Shown one piece after another: positions 51,799-60,597 of a DNA stretch of 64,000 nt. This stretch comes from an uncultured Candidatus Saccharibacteria bacterium (GTDB lineage: Bacteria; Patescibacteriota; Saccharimonadia; Saccharimonadales; Saccharimonadaceae). The translations under genes and the position numbers were made by a program. The notes beneath the pieces were generated by a model. That model was not told the origin of the DNA and made no database searches. It saw nothing but the letters and a program-made list of their open reading frames with translations. Where the stretch lies: positions 61,753 to 125,752 of the forward strand of contig CAMVNH010000001.1 of NCBI GenBank assembly GCA_947168825.1, read 5' to 3'. Within the stretch, counting starts at the first letter, position 1; each line of letters starts with the position of its first letter.

Positions 51799-51890
51799 TT
51801 GACTTTTTGTTTGTGGCGTGTTATAATATGATGGTAGGGTGCGTACGGATGATTCGTGCGCTTTTCTAAGCACTTTAGGAGGTGGTAAAA
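51799..51890 (+). promoter_or_regulatory. Promoter, hairpin, GCACTTT box and SD leader module (copy B)
   Basis: TTGACT-17-TATAAT then TAGGGTGCGTACGGATGATTCGTGCGCTTTTCTAAGCACTTTAGGAGGTGG. Confidence 0.8.
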
Positions 51891-52541
51891 ATGAGAAGAA
51901 GTACAAGGGTTTTGGTGATTTTGATGGCAGTGATGGTGATGACGCTCATTGTGTCGAATATCGCAGCCACAAAAATATGGTCGCTTTTGGGGATTCCGGC
52001 GGATGGTGGGTTAATTGTTTTTCCGATTTCGTACATAGTTTCAGATATGTTAGTAGAACTATACGGGCGAAAGATTGCGAACTTTGTGGCAATTATGGCG
52101 ATGCTAATGAATCTTGTGGCGATGCTATTTTTTATCGCGGTTGTTAATTTGCCAGCTTATTCGGGTTGGGATGGCCAGAATGCTTTAGCTAGCGTTTTAG
52201 GATTTTCGGTACGAATCAGCGTGGCCAGTCTAACGTCATTTCTGCTTAGCAGTATCACGAATAATTATGTGTTCACTTGGATGCGGAAGCGTTCAGATAA
52301 ATACGTAGTGCGTGCACTTAGTTCATCGCTTGTTGGTAGAATTGTTGACGTTATGATATTTGAGCTGGTTGCCTTTTTTGGAGTATTAAGTTTCCAAGAT
52401 TTTATTATTCAGGCGATTGGTGCTTATGCAGAAGGTCAATTGGTAGAAATAGCATTTCTAGTGATAGTAAAGGACAATTTAACCCGACATGTTAGATGGT
52501 GGGCGGAAGATGACGGAAGCTATGTCGAGCCAGAAGAGTAG
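51891..52541 (+). CDS. Queuosine precursor transporter (VUT/YhhQ family)
   Basis: SNIAATK, GLIVFPISYIVSDMLVELYG, RISVASL, RALSSSLVGRIVD. Confidence 0.82.
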   Translation: MRRSTRVLVILMAVMVMTLIVSNIAATKIWSLLGIPADGGLIVFPISYIVSDMLVELYGRKIANFVAIMAMLMNLVAMLFFIAVVNLPAYSGWDGQNALASVLGFSVRISVASLTSFLLSSITNNYVFTWMRKRSDKYVVRALSSSLVGRIVDVMIFELVAFFGVLSFQDFIIQAIGAYAEGQLVEIAFLVIVKDNLTRHVRWWAEDDGSYVEPEE

Positions 52542-52550
52542 AACTTCTTC

Positions 52551-52576
52551 ATCCCTCCGTAAAGGAGGGATTTTTT
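52551..52576. terminator. Intrinsic terminator
   Basis: ATCCCTCC-gtaaa-GGAGGGATTTTTT. Confidence 0.8.
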
Positions 52577-52580
52577 ATGT

Positions 52581-54320
52581 CTAAAATAAGAAATCAAGAT
52601 AATCTTTGAGCATACGAGTACCAGAAATAACTGGGAGGAAATTTTTTAATTCGGTTTTGATGATATATTCTAGGTCGAAATCATTCTTCCAGGCATTCAC
52701 TGCATCCAACATGCGGAAGTAGAGCATTTTCACCTCTTCTGCCTCGGTATTTCCGGAAATGTTGAAGTAGCTGTCAGAAGGACAGTCGGCGACGCCGCCA
52801 TCGTGAGTACTGATTAAAATTCCTAAATTAATAATATCTTTCATCCAGCTAGTGCCGCAAGCTTCAAGGCCAACTATAGGGGTATTAATGGCAATATTGC
52901 TACCGAGGCTGAGGGCGCGACCGAGTTCTTCGTCGTAATCTGGAAGGTAATGGACGCGTTCTTTTAGAATTTTATCTCCGTCGATAAGTTTTAATAATTT
53001 TTGGAGTTGATCGTACATGCGTGTGTCCCCCTCATGAACACGACCTGCAAAAATGTAGTGAGCGTTATGCTCCTTGAGGATTTTTTTAAGTTTTTCAGGA
53101 TTTGCGAATGGGAGCCAAGGTCGTTTGTAGTCGACGAAGCGGCGCTTAAACTCAAAAAGTAATGCATCTTCGGGAATTTGAATATGGTTTCCGTATTGGT
53201 CTGGGCGAGTTTCTAGTACTTTGTTCAAGGCTTTTCGGCCAGTGAGTTTTAGGCTACGGATTTTGTTGGCAGTGATGGTGTCGATTTTTGTTTCGTAGTC
53301 TTCGGTTGGAAGATAGAATTTATCAATGATTCCCTGCTCGTTTAGGTACTTGATGACTTCTGGAGCAGTCCAGGTAGGGACGTCGATGCCGTTTGTGATT
53401 GGTTTGAACTTTACTTTTTTACCAGAAAGTTCATGGTAATTTGCAACGCGGGCGTGGAGTTTGCTGACTCCGGAGCGAAGTTCGGCGATTTCGATAGTAA
53501 CGGTCGAAAGTTTAATACGACCATGATCGAATTTGTCGCTGAGCCACTTTTTTACGGCTGGGGATTTCAGGTTTGGAAAAACGTAGTGCTCAAATTGGTC
53601 ATAATGGAAGGTGGCTTCGGCAGCCTGAACCAATGTGTGATTAGTGTAGAGAGTGTGTTTTCTGGTATAAACGACGGCTTCGTAGAAATCCATCCCGTTA
53701 CTTGCAAGTTCATCTAGGCGTGCCAAGGCGGCGAAGAAAGTGGCCACTTCGTTTAGCTGCATAATGGCAGGTTTTAGACCAACGAGTTTAAGGGCCTGGT
53801 AACCGCCAAAGCCTAGTGCTACTTCCTGATAGAGACGGTGGTCCCCGCCGGAATCACCGGAGTAAAGTTCACCGAATCCTGGTTCGGTAATGCAGAGGAT
53901 GCGGGTTGATCCTAAATTTTTTTCAATGACGTCTAGCGAAACTAACTGGTTATTGCAACGGATATTGACGGTGTCGACGAAGTTGTAGCCAAATTCGGCA
54001 TAATTAACTTTTGAGGATCGAGTGCGATTAATTAGTTTATTGTTTTCGAGTTTACATTCTTGATGCTGTTCGGAAGGGTAAAACGGAGTGATGAGGGTTA
54101 GTGGTACATTCATTTGTTCGGCGACGCGCCTAGTGTCAGCTGCAAGCACTCCAAGCCCGCCACCGCCACGAATCCCGTTAGCTTTATCGTATAGTTCTAT
54201 AGTCCAATAGGTATATGGTCGTTCAGGAGAGAGAGATTTTGTTAGGCTACTACGCTCAAGTCGAGCATAAAATTCCTCGACATCTTCAATACTCTCTAAG
54301 GGATGTAATTTTTTAATCAT
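52581..54320 (-). CDS. glgP: Alpha-glucan (glycogen/starch) phosphorylase, short form
   Basis: GGGLGVLAAD, RLYQEVALGFGG, QLNE, TNHT, ITNG, RRFVDYKR, EACGTSWMK. Confidence 0.85.
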   Translation of the reverse strand: MIKKLHPLESIEDVEEFYARLERSSLTKSLSPERPYTYWTIELYDKANGIRGGGGLGVLAADTRRVAEQMNVPLTLITPFYPSEQHQECKLENNKLINRTRSSKVNYAEFGYNFVDTVNIRCNNQLVSLDVIEKNLGSTRILCITEPGFGELYSGDSGGDHRLYQEVALGFGGYQALKLVGLKPAIMQLNEVATFFAALARLDELASNGMDFYEAVVYTRKHTLYTNHTLVQAAEATFHYDQFEHYVFPNLKSPAVKKWLSDKFDHGRIKLSTVTIEIAELRSGVSKLHARVANYHELSGKKVKFKPITNGIDVPTWTAPEVIKYLNEQGIIDKFYLPTEDYETKIDTITANKIRSLKLTGRKALNKVLETRPDQYGNHIQIPEDALLFEFKRRFVDYKRPWLPFANPEKLKKILKEHNAHYIFAGRVHEGDTRMYDQLQKLLKLIDGDKILKERVHYLPDYDEELGRALSLGSNIAINTPIVGLEACGTSWMKDIINLGILISTHDGGVADCPSDSYFNISGNTEAEEVKMLYFRMLDAVNAWKNDFDLEYIIKTELKNFLPVISGTRMLKDYLDFLF

Positions 54321-54381
54321 GGTTATGTTTATTATAGCATAAAAAATAGGGCTTTTGAAGCCCTTGTAAGTTTTTTAACCT

Positions 54382-54456
54382 TGGCTGGGGATGAGGGATT
54401 CGAACCCCCGAATGGTGGGACCAGAACCCACTGCCTTACCACTTGGCGAATCCCCA
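54382..54456 (-). tRNA. tRNA-Gln(CTG)
   Basis: TGGGGATTCGCCAAGTGGTAAGGCA-GTGGG-TTCTGGT-CCCAC...GTTCGAATCC...GCCA. Confidence 0.95.
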
Positions 54457-54480
54457 TTAGGGTAATGGTACTATCTAATG

Positions 54481-54556
54481 TGGAGCCTCGAACCGGGTTT
54501 GAACCGGTGACCTCATCCTTACCATGGATGCGCTCTACCGACTGAGCTATCGAGGC
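54481..54556 (-). tRNA. tRNA-Thr(GGT)
   Basis: GCCTCGATAGCTCAGTCGGTAGAGCG-CATCC-ATGGTAA-GGATG...GGTTCAAACCC...TCCA. Confidence 0.95.
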
Positions 54557-54704
54557 AAGTACCTTGTTGATTATTTTAGCACAAAATTCTAGAAAAAGCC
54601 AGAAAAATACCAAAGTTTTTTGATATGGGGTTGATTTTTTTCGTAAAGTGTGGTATAATAAAAGAGTTGGCTATAGATACTACAAAAGAAGGAGGTATGG
54701 TCCA

Positions 54705-55592
54705 ATGTACATTAAGAGAGTAGGAACTTTAGTTTTTTCATTGATGGTTGCATTTGTTGCAGTTGCACCGCAGAAGGTAGAGGCTGGATATTCTCTAACC
54801 AATAGAGAGATGGCTTTTATCGATGAATATTACCCAATAATTTCAAGGGTAGCTGATGAGGTAGCCGAAGAAAAGGATTTGGAAGAGAGGGGGCAAGCTT
54901 TATCAAAGACTTTGGCTATGGCACAGATGTGTCTTGAGACTGGTCACGGAAGATCGGACATTTTCCGGTATAAAAACAATGGTTTCGGGTTAGGAGCTTA
55001 TCCTACGAAGACACAAACTGTGTACCAGCATGCATATGAGTTCGATACCGTAGAAGATAGCATCAGGTATTACTTTGAGCATCAAGCTGATGGCTATGTT
55101 AATGCGACGCAGAATTTTTACGTAAATCGCGATCCGTATGCGTATATTGGCGCAATTGCGCGTAGTTATGCACAAGCTTCAAATTACGAGGCATCAATTT
55201 CTGGCATGTTGGACAGGATCGTCATTTATATTGCAGAGAAAGAGATGGAAAATGCCGAGTCGGTTTACGAGGAGGCTAGCCAGAATTTTGAAGAGGCGAT
55301 GGATGAACATCGTCAGGCAACGAGGAGTATGGTAGAAGCTATCAATCGAGAATATTCGGGGGGAAAGTTGGTAGCTGGAGTAAATGCTGTGTTGGCTCAC
55401 GAGATTTTTATAAGTGAATATAGGATAGATGAGCGTACTGCAAGAGAGGTGGTTAATGACGCGAAGGATGCGCTCGAGAAGGCGGAGAATTATCTCGCCG
55501 ATTCTGAAGCTTTGCAAACTTTGAAGACTGCGGTTGGACGTGGTCGTATTAGTTCAGCATCCTTTAGCCAACAGCTGAGCGAAGCCATCTAA
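54705..55592 (+). CDS. Secreted glucosaminidase-domain (GH73-like) peptidoglycan hydrolase with coiled-coil tail
   Basis: Signal peptide; AQMCLETGHG, NNGFGL, F.TVEDSI..Y, YAQASNY; own TTGATT-17-TATAAT promoter (54631-59) and SD. Confidence 0.78.
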   Translation: MYIKRVGTLVFSLMVAFVAVAPQKVEAGYSLTNREMAFIDEYYPIISRVADEVAEEKDLEERGQALSKTLAMAQMCLETGHGRSDIFRYKNNGFGLGAYPTKTQTVYQHAYEFDTVEDSIRYYFEHQADGYVNATQNFYVNRDPYAYIGAIARSYAQASNYEASISGMLDRIVIYIAEKEMENAESVYEEASQNFEEAMDEHRQATRSMVEAINREYSGGKLVAGVNAVLAHEIFISEYRIDERTAREVVNDAKDALEKAENYLADSEALQTLKTAVGRGRISSASFSQQLSEAI

Positions 55593-55609
55593 ACTAAGTT
55601 CTTAGTGAC

Positions 55610-55634
55610 AAGCCACCCTTTTGGGTGGCTTTTT
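55610..55634. terminator. Intrinsic terminator between convergent genes
   Basis: AAGCCACCC-tttt-GGGTGGCTTTTT. Confidence 0.8.
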
Positions 55635-56460
55635 ATTGGATGATTCTGCGGCGATGTTTACCAGGGGCGTTGGCTAATATTGGTTTCTTTCTGGCAGCGA
55701 CAGTATGGTTGGTTGGCGTGGTCGGGCGTGGGGCGTGGCGAATCGAGTTGGATTGAGGGAGGGGATTTCTTACGGGTCTTTTGAGGGTTTGTCGCTCTTG
55801 GCGTATAGAGGCATATGTGCGAGTGCGGGGTCTGCGTTGTCTGGCGTCCTCGGCGATTTGAGCTTCAATGCGAGCAGTAGTAGCAGTGATATTTTCGGTG
55901 TCTTCGGCGTTTTCATAGATTGCCAGAATTTGGCGTAAAGTAGAGGTAGAATGGTCGAGATCATAGGCAGCTTCCAAAGCCTCAATTGCGTTTTTACGAT
56001 TCCCCATTTTCTCTTCGGCTTTTGCGAGGGCAATATAACGGGCAGGAAGGTCACCTTCGATTTCCAAAGCTTGACGGAAGGCCATAGCGGCTTTTTCGTA
56101 TGCGCCGGTCTCAAGATAAATTAGGCCGACGTTATGAAGAGATGAGGCGTTATTATCGAGAGATTGAGCGATTTCAAAACATTCGATAGCTTCATCAAAA
56201 CGTTGACTCTTGGCATAGAGGATGCCTAAGCGGTTGTAGGCGGCGGCGTTTTTCTCGTCGAATTTTAGGATTGTGAGTAGAGCTTTTTCGGCACGAACTG
56301 GCTTACGGTCGCGCATGGAGCTCTGGGCTATGGACCAGAGTTTTTTCATTTGAGATTCAAACTTAGGGTCCTTTTTAGGCTCGTCCTTGGACTTATCATA
56401 GGTAGGAAAAATAAAAGCGAGATACGCACAAAAAAGTAAAATTAGGACAATTCCTAGCAT
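55633..56460 (-). CDS. TPR repeat protein with N-terminal anchor and basic C-tail
   Basis: AYNRLGILY, AIECFEIA, LHNVGLIY TPR patterns. Confidence 0.82.
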   Translation of the reverse strand: MLGIVLILLFCAYLAFIFPTYDKSKDEPKKDPKFESQMKKLWSIAQSSMRDRKPVRAEKALLTILKFDEKNAAAYNRLGILYAKSQRFDEAIECFEIAQSLDNNASSLHNVGLIYLETGAYEKAAMAFRQALEIEGDLPARYIALAKAEEKMGNRKNAIEALEAAYDLDHSTSTLRQILAIYENAEDTENITATTARIEAQIAEDARQRRPRTRTYASIRQERQTLKRPVRNPLPQSNSIRHAPRPTTPTNHTVAARKKPILANAPGKHRRRIIQ

Positions 56461-56469
56461 AAGTATATT

Positions 56470-57126
56470 TTAACATAAATCAGCGATTATGTGCAACTTT
56501 ATGTGTCCGTTTCTCGTAAGATTTTGATGGAGGGTAATTAGTTGATTGAGTTTTTTAAGAAATTTTGGATTTTTGGTTTCAAAATAGGAATTTGATAATA
56601 AATCGATAGCAGCAGCGGTGATTTTTTCGGCATCTTCACGAGGAGTTTTATGAAGTTTTTTATTGGTTAGATCCTCTGCGAGCTTAACAAGGTTTTGGCC
56701 GGTAGCTGTAATTAGAGATTTGGCAAGATCTCTGGTTTCTTGGTCGTAGCTTTTAGACTTAGTCTGTCGCAAAAAATAAATTTGAGCACGAGATAGCACT
56801 GTTGCTAAAAGAATACTAGGTTCCCTAGTGAACATAACGAAATGATAGTTGTTTTTTGGCTCCTCCAGGAGTTTTAAGAATGCGTTTTGGGCTTCTGGAT
56901 TCATGGTCTCGGCATTCTTAACAATAATGAAACGGTGTGAGGATGCTATGGTTTTTACGAGTTCGGTAATTTCACGAATTTGGTTAATGCGGATTCTGTC
57001 TTGTTCTGGCTCGACGATAATTAAATTTGAGGCTTCTGGGAGGCTAGGAAAAGTATCGGTGACAAAGATAGAGAAACCAGTGTTTTTAGCGATTTCAAGT
57101 ATTTTTTCTTGGTCGTCAAAAAACAT
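56470..57126 (-). CDS. holB: DNA polymerase III delta-prime-like subunit (short)
   Basis: IRINQIRE, AETMNPEAQNAFLKLLEEP, LLATVLSRA. Confidence 0.75.
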   Translation of the reverse strand: MFFDDQEKILEIAKNTGFSIFVTDTFPSLPEASNLIIVEPEQDRIRINQIREITELVKTIASSHRFIIVKNAETMNPEAQNAFLKLLEEPKNNYHFVMFTREPSILLATVLSRAQIYFLRQTKSKSYDQETRDLAKSLITATGQNLVKLAEDLTNKKLHKTPREDAEKITAAAIDLLSNSYFETKNPKFLKKLNQLITLHQNLTRNGHIKLHIIADLC

Positions 57127-58055
57127 TAATCGAAAAACCTTTCGAATTCTTTTGGAGTTTTAGCTTCAAAAGTGCGGCGTTTTCCGGCAGTGTCATTTTT
57201 ATCTGGATTTGGGATAGTAATTTCGAGTGAGTGGGCGTGCAAATAAAGACGGTCAGCATTTTCGTTGCCGTAAACTTTATCGCCAACGATAGGGTGGCCA
57301 AGGTATTTTAGATGAACTCGTAGCTGATGTGTGCGGCCGGTAACTGGTTTTAATTCCAGTAAAGAATGCTTGCCATCGGACTTAAGTATTTTGTAAAAAG
57401 TTTGGGATGGTTTACCGTTTGGATCAACTAAAAAGGTGGTAGGATGTTTGATATTTCTAGCAATCGGAAGATCGATTTTGGCTGTGTCAAGTTTTGGACG
57501 TCCTTCGACGATAGCATAGTAAGTTTTATGGGTTTTTCTATCTTGGAATTGTTTGCGGAGATAAGATTGTACTGCTGGATTTTTGCCAAGGATGACTACT
57601 CCAGAAGTATCACGATCTAGACGATGAACAAGTAACCCGTAATCTTCAAGCGTGGGCTCCAGCGTAAACTCGCCTTTTGCCATACTAAGCATGCCAGCGG
57701 GTTTATTTAAGACTAGGACATTTTCGTCTTCATAAATTGTGAGATTTGTAAGATCTGGTGGGGTTTCTCGATTGGGGACATTAAGGATAATTTTAGGTGG
57801 TAGTAATTCCCCGTTTTCATCTTTAATTAGTTCAATTTCGGTATTTGGTTTTTGGATGATTTTTCCTTCGACTGCTACATAGCCGGACTTGATGAAATTT
57901 TGGAGGGTAGAGCGGTTAAACTCCGGATGTTGCTCAACTAAAATATGGTCAAGACGTTTTCTTGGAGATTTTTCTGGGTCGTTACTCAAAATTCTGTCAC
58001 CGTTTTTTACACGAGACATTTCAGGTTTGCTGAATTTTTTACCAGTGATGATCAT
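57126..58055 (-). CDS. RluA-family pseudouridine synthase with S4 domain
   Basis: RLDHIL, NKPAG, HRLDRDTSG, TGRTHQLRVH, GDKVYG. Confidence 0.92.
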   Translation of the reverse strand: MIITGKKFSKPEMSRVKNGDRILSNDPEKSPRKRLDHILVEQHPEFNRSTLQNFIKSGYVAVEGKIIQKPNTEIELIKDENGELLPPKIILNVPNRETPPDLTNLTIYEDENVLVLNKPAGMLSMAKGEFTLEPTLEDYGLLVHRLDRDTSGVVILGKNPAVQSYLRKQFQDRKTHKTYYAIVEGRPKLDTAKIDLPIARNIKHPTTFLVDPNGKPSQTFYKILKSDGKHSLLELKPVTGRTHQLRVHLKYLGHPIVGDKVYGNENADRLYLHAHSLEITIPNPDKNDTAGKRRTFEAKTPKEFERFFD

Positions 58056-59065
58056 CGAAGGTTAAACGCTTTCTGGACGGTTGACAGTTTAGCACTTGCG
58101 ACCTTATTTGCGTAATTTTCGCCAGCCTCAAGTAATTCGTAAACTATGTCGTCCGGGATAAGATCGAGTTTGGCCTGGAAGGTCTCGAGGAAGGTTTGGA
58201 CGCTTTCGGCGACTTTTTGCTTTAGGTCACCATAGCGTGATTCGCCAGCCCAGGTAGAAATAACTTCTTGAAGTGGGACGTTATTGACCAGGGCTTCTAT
58301 CTGGAGAAGGTTGGAAATGCCTGGTTGGTTAAACATATCATACTTGATGTTTGCTTCACTGTCCGTAGTAGCTGACATAATTTTCTTTGCTGCCACTTTT
58401 GGATCATCGGATAGCATGATTTTGGAATTTTCAGATTTACTGGATTTACTCATTTTCTTTTCTGGGTTCTGAAGATCGCGGATGCGTAGTCCACCGTCTA
58501 ACCCCATGAATTTAGCTTGGTCTAAGGTTTTTGCTGGGAGAGTGAAGATTTCTTTGTCAAAGCGATTGTTGACACGGATGGCGAGATTGCGAGTTAGTTC
58601 GATATGTTGGAACTGGTCTTCACCAACTGGTACGTATTTTGCATCATAAAGTAAGATGTCGGCTGCCATTAGTACTGGGTAGTCGAAGATGCCGACACCA
58701 ACGTGTTCTTTGCCTTCGGATTTTTCTTTGAATTGAGTCATACGGCTGAGCTCACCCATATTTGCGACACAATTTAAAATCCAGTTGAGCTCGCTATGTG
58801 CAGAGACGTGAGACTGGCGATAAATATATACGTTTTCATTTGGTTCGAGACCGGCGGCAAGATAGTACTTGATGGATTTTATGATATTTTTTTGTAGATC
58901 GCCATCTACGTCGGAGATGATAGTATGAAGATCGGGTACAAAAATATTTATATTATGGTTTTTGTTGTGTGCGTTTGCAAGACGGACCATAGGTACTAGA
59001 GCACCAAGGAAGTTGCCTAGAGTAAGTTCGCCGTTGACGCGGATGCCAGTTAAAATTGTTTCCAT
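58052..59065 (-). CDS. trpS: Tryptophan--tRNA ligase
   Basis: TLGN (HIGH-like), YPVLMAADILLY, VPVGEDQ, KMSKS. Confidence 0.95.
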   Translation of the reverse strand: METILTGIRVNGELTLGNFLGALVPMVRLANAHNKNHNINIFVPDLHTIISDVDGDLQKNIIKSIKYYLAAGLEPNENVYIYRQSHVSAHSELNWILNCVANMGELSRMTQFKEKSEGKEHVGVGIFDYPVLMAADILLYDAKYVPVGEDQFQHIELTRNLAIRVNNRFDKEIFTLPAKTLDQAKFMGLDGGLRIRDLQNPEKKMSKSSKSENSKIMLSDDPKVAAKKIMSATTDSEANIKYDMFNQPGISNLLQIEALVNNVPLQEVISTWAGESRYGDLKQKVAESVQTFLETFQAKLDLIPDDIVYELLEAGENYANKVASAKLSTVQKAFNLR

Positions 59066-59105
59066 ACTTCCATTATAGCATGAAATGTGCTAAAATGAGG
59101 TTATT

Positions 59106-59182
59106 GGGGTGTTAGCTCAGTTGGTTAGAGCGCTACTATGGCATAGTAGAGGTCACGAGTTCGAATCCCGTACACTCCACCA
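59106..59182 (+). tRNA. tRNA-Ala(GGC)
   Basis: GGGGTGTTAGCTCAGTTGGTTAGAGCG-CTACT-ATGGCAT-AGTAG...TTCGAAT...ACCA; G3.U70 pair. Confidence 0.93.
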
Positions 59183-59184
59183 CG

Positions 59185-59211
59185 AAAAAAGACCCTTTTG
59201 GGGCCTTTTTT
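59185..59211. terminator. Bidirectional terminator
   Basis: AAAAAAGACCC-tttt-GGGGCCTTTTTT. Confidence 0.65.
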
Positions 59212-59226
59212 GATAAATAGTATTTC

Positions 59227-59736
59227 CTATCTATTGATAGTAAAGATAAGTTTGGTGCCGTTTTCCTCAATAGTAAGAGTGCCGTCTTTGTAGCTGTAGC
59301 CTGCGGCATTCCCATCGATATTGATTTTTTCTTTATCGTAGGTTATGTCGGAGCTATCACCGAATAAATCGAGCTTGCCAGTTTTATCTTCTTTTAGCTC
59401 AAGGGTGGCTTTGAGGCCGAGACCTTTTAGAACCGTGATGCTGTCACTTTGATCTTCGCCGTCTGACTCCATACCAGTAAGTTCATAAGTACCGGAAATG
59501 TTTGGAGCAGCGAAGAACTTAGTGTAGATAAAGAATCCGCTAGCGGCGAGAACGGCAATGATCGCAGCAATGATAATGCCAATGAAGAATTTTTTGCTAG
59601 TCTTCTTTTCGACTTTTTTAGTTGCTTTGGTGGTTTTTGGTGTGGTTTTAACGGTTTTAGGTGCTTTGGTGGTTTTAGTAGCTTTTGTGGTTTTAGAGGT
59701 TTTTGCAGTTTTGGTAGATTTCTTAGCAGTTGCCAT
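59227..59736 (-). CDS. Single-pass membrane protein with Lys/Thr-rich N-tail and small beta-rich domain
   Basis: KTTK-type repeats, TM, GTYELTGME..YSYKDGTLTI. Confidence 0.72.
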   Translation of the reverse strand: MATAKKSTKTAKTSKTTKATKTTKAPKTVKTTPKTTKATKKVEKKTSKKFFIGIIIAAIIAVLAASGFFIYTKFFAAPNISGTYELTGMESDGEDQSDSITVLKGLGLKATLELKEDKTGKLDLFGDSSDITYDKEKINIDGNAAGYSYKDGTLTIEENGTKLIFTINR

Positions 59737-59815
59737 CTTTATTCCTTATTTACTTTAACTTTATTTTACCACAACCGGAATCAAGGAACAAGTACCCTAA
59801 TACTAGGTAGGTTGA

Positions 59816-60580
59816 TTATTTATCACTAGGTTTAATAAGACGGTAATAAATGGATGGGGCAAAGCGAACGGGTGCGAGGAATCCCTGTGCCTTATCTTCC
59901 ATCTTAACCAAGGTTTTAGTTTTGAAAAGTTTTTTGAGCTTTTGACTGCGGAAATTCGAGACAGAAAGAACTTTGTCGATTTTGAACCCTTGTTTTTCGA
60001 AGAGGTTTTCGATGTATTTCGGATGGTAATTATAGAAGCCATTTTTACTGATTTCAGTTAGATTTGCGACGGTGTGATCAAAGGGGTTATTTTTGATGCG
60101 GCCAGTGGCATAGCGGAAAATGCGCGGAAGAGTGCGCTTGTTTGCAACTTCGATGACGGCGACGCCGCCCGGCTCCAGGATACGGTAAAGTTCAGCGATG
60201 ACTTTTTTCATGTCTTTGAAGTGATGGGTAGCACGAATCATCATTAAGGTCGAGAATTCACCATCTTTAAACGGAAGATCGTAAATATCGCCGGCTTTGG
60301 TATGGACTTTGTCGCCGTAGAGTTCTTTGGCTTGCTGCAGCTCGGTTTTTGAGTAGTCGAAAAGAGTAGATTTGTCGGCGCGGTCTAAATATTCATCGGC
60401 AAGACGACCATAGCCGCCGGCGATGTCAACAAAGTTTTTCATATGTTTCGGGAGAAGTTTTCTAATAGCCATACGATCAGCATGGTCTTCATACTTACGA
60501 TCGGCGTCTTCCCAGAAGATTTTTTTATAGTCATAACCATTATAGTCGGAAATAACTTCAGGTTTTTTCGTATTAGTCAT
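59816..60580 (-). CDS. Class I SAM-dependent methyltransferase
   Basis: VDIAGGYGR, GDIYDLPF, ELYRILEPGG. Confidence 0.87.
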   Translation of the reverse strand: MTNTKKPEVISDYNGYDYKKIFWEDADRKYEDHADRMAIRKLLPKHMKNFVDIAGGYGRLADEYLDRADKSTLFDYSKTELQQAKELYGDKVHTKAGDIYDLPFKDGEFSTLMMIRATHHFKDMKKVIAELYRILEPGGVAVIEVANKRTLPRIFRYATGRIKNNPFDHTVANLTEISKNGFYNYHPKYIENLFEKQGFKIDKVLSVSNFRSQKLKKLFKTKTLVKMEDKAQGFLAPVRFAPSIYYRLIKPSDK

Positions 60581-60597
60581 AGGGATATTATAGCAGC

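Noticed and set aside
51828-51890. Canonical preQ1-I riboswitch
   Set aside because: No GGTTC..CCC stem with the A-rich AAAAAACTA tail is visible.
54332-54613. 93-aa ORF on the minus strand
   Set aside because: It is a translation of the tRNA-Thr and tRNA-Gln genes.
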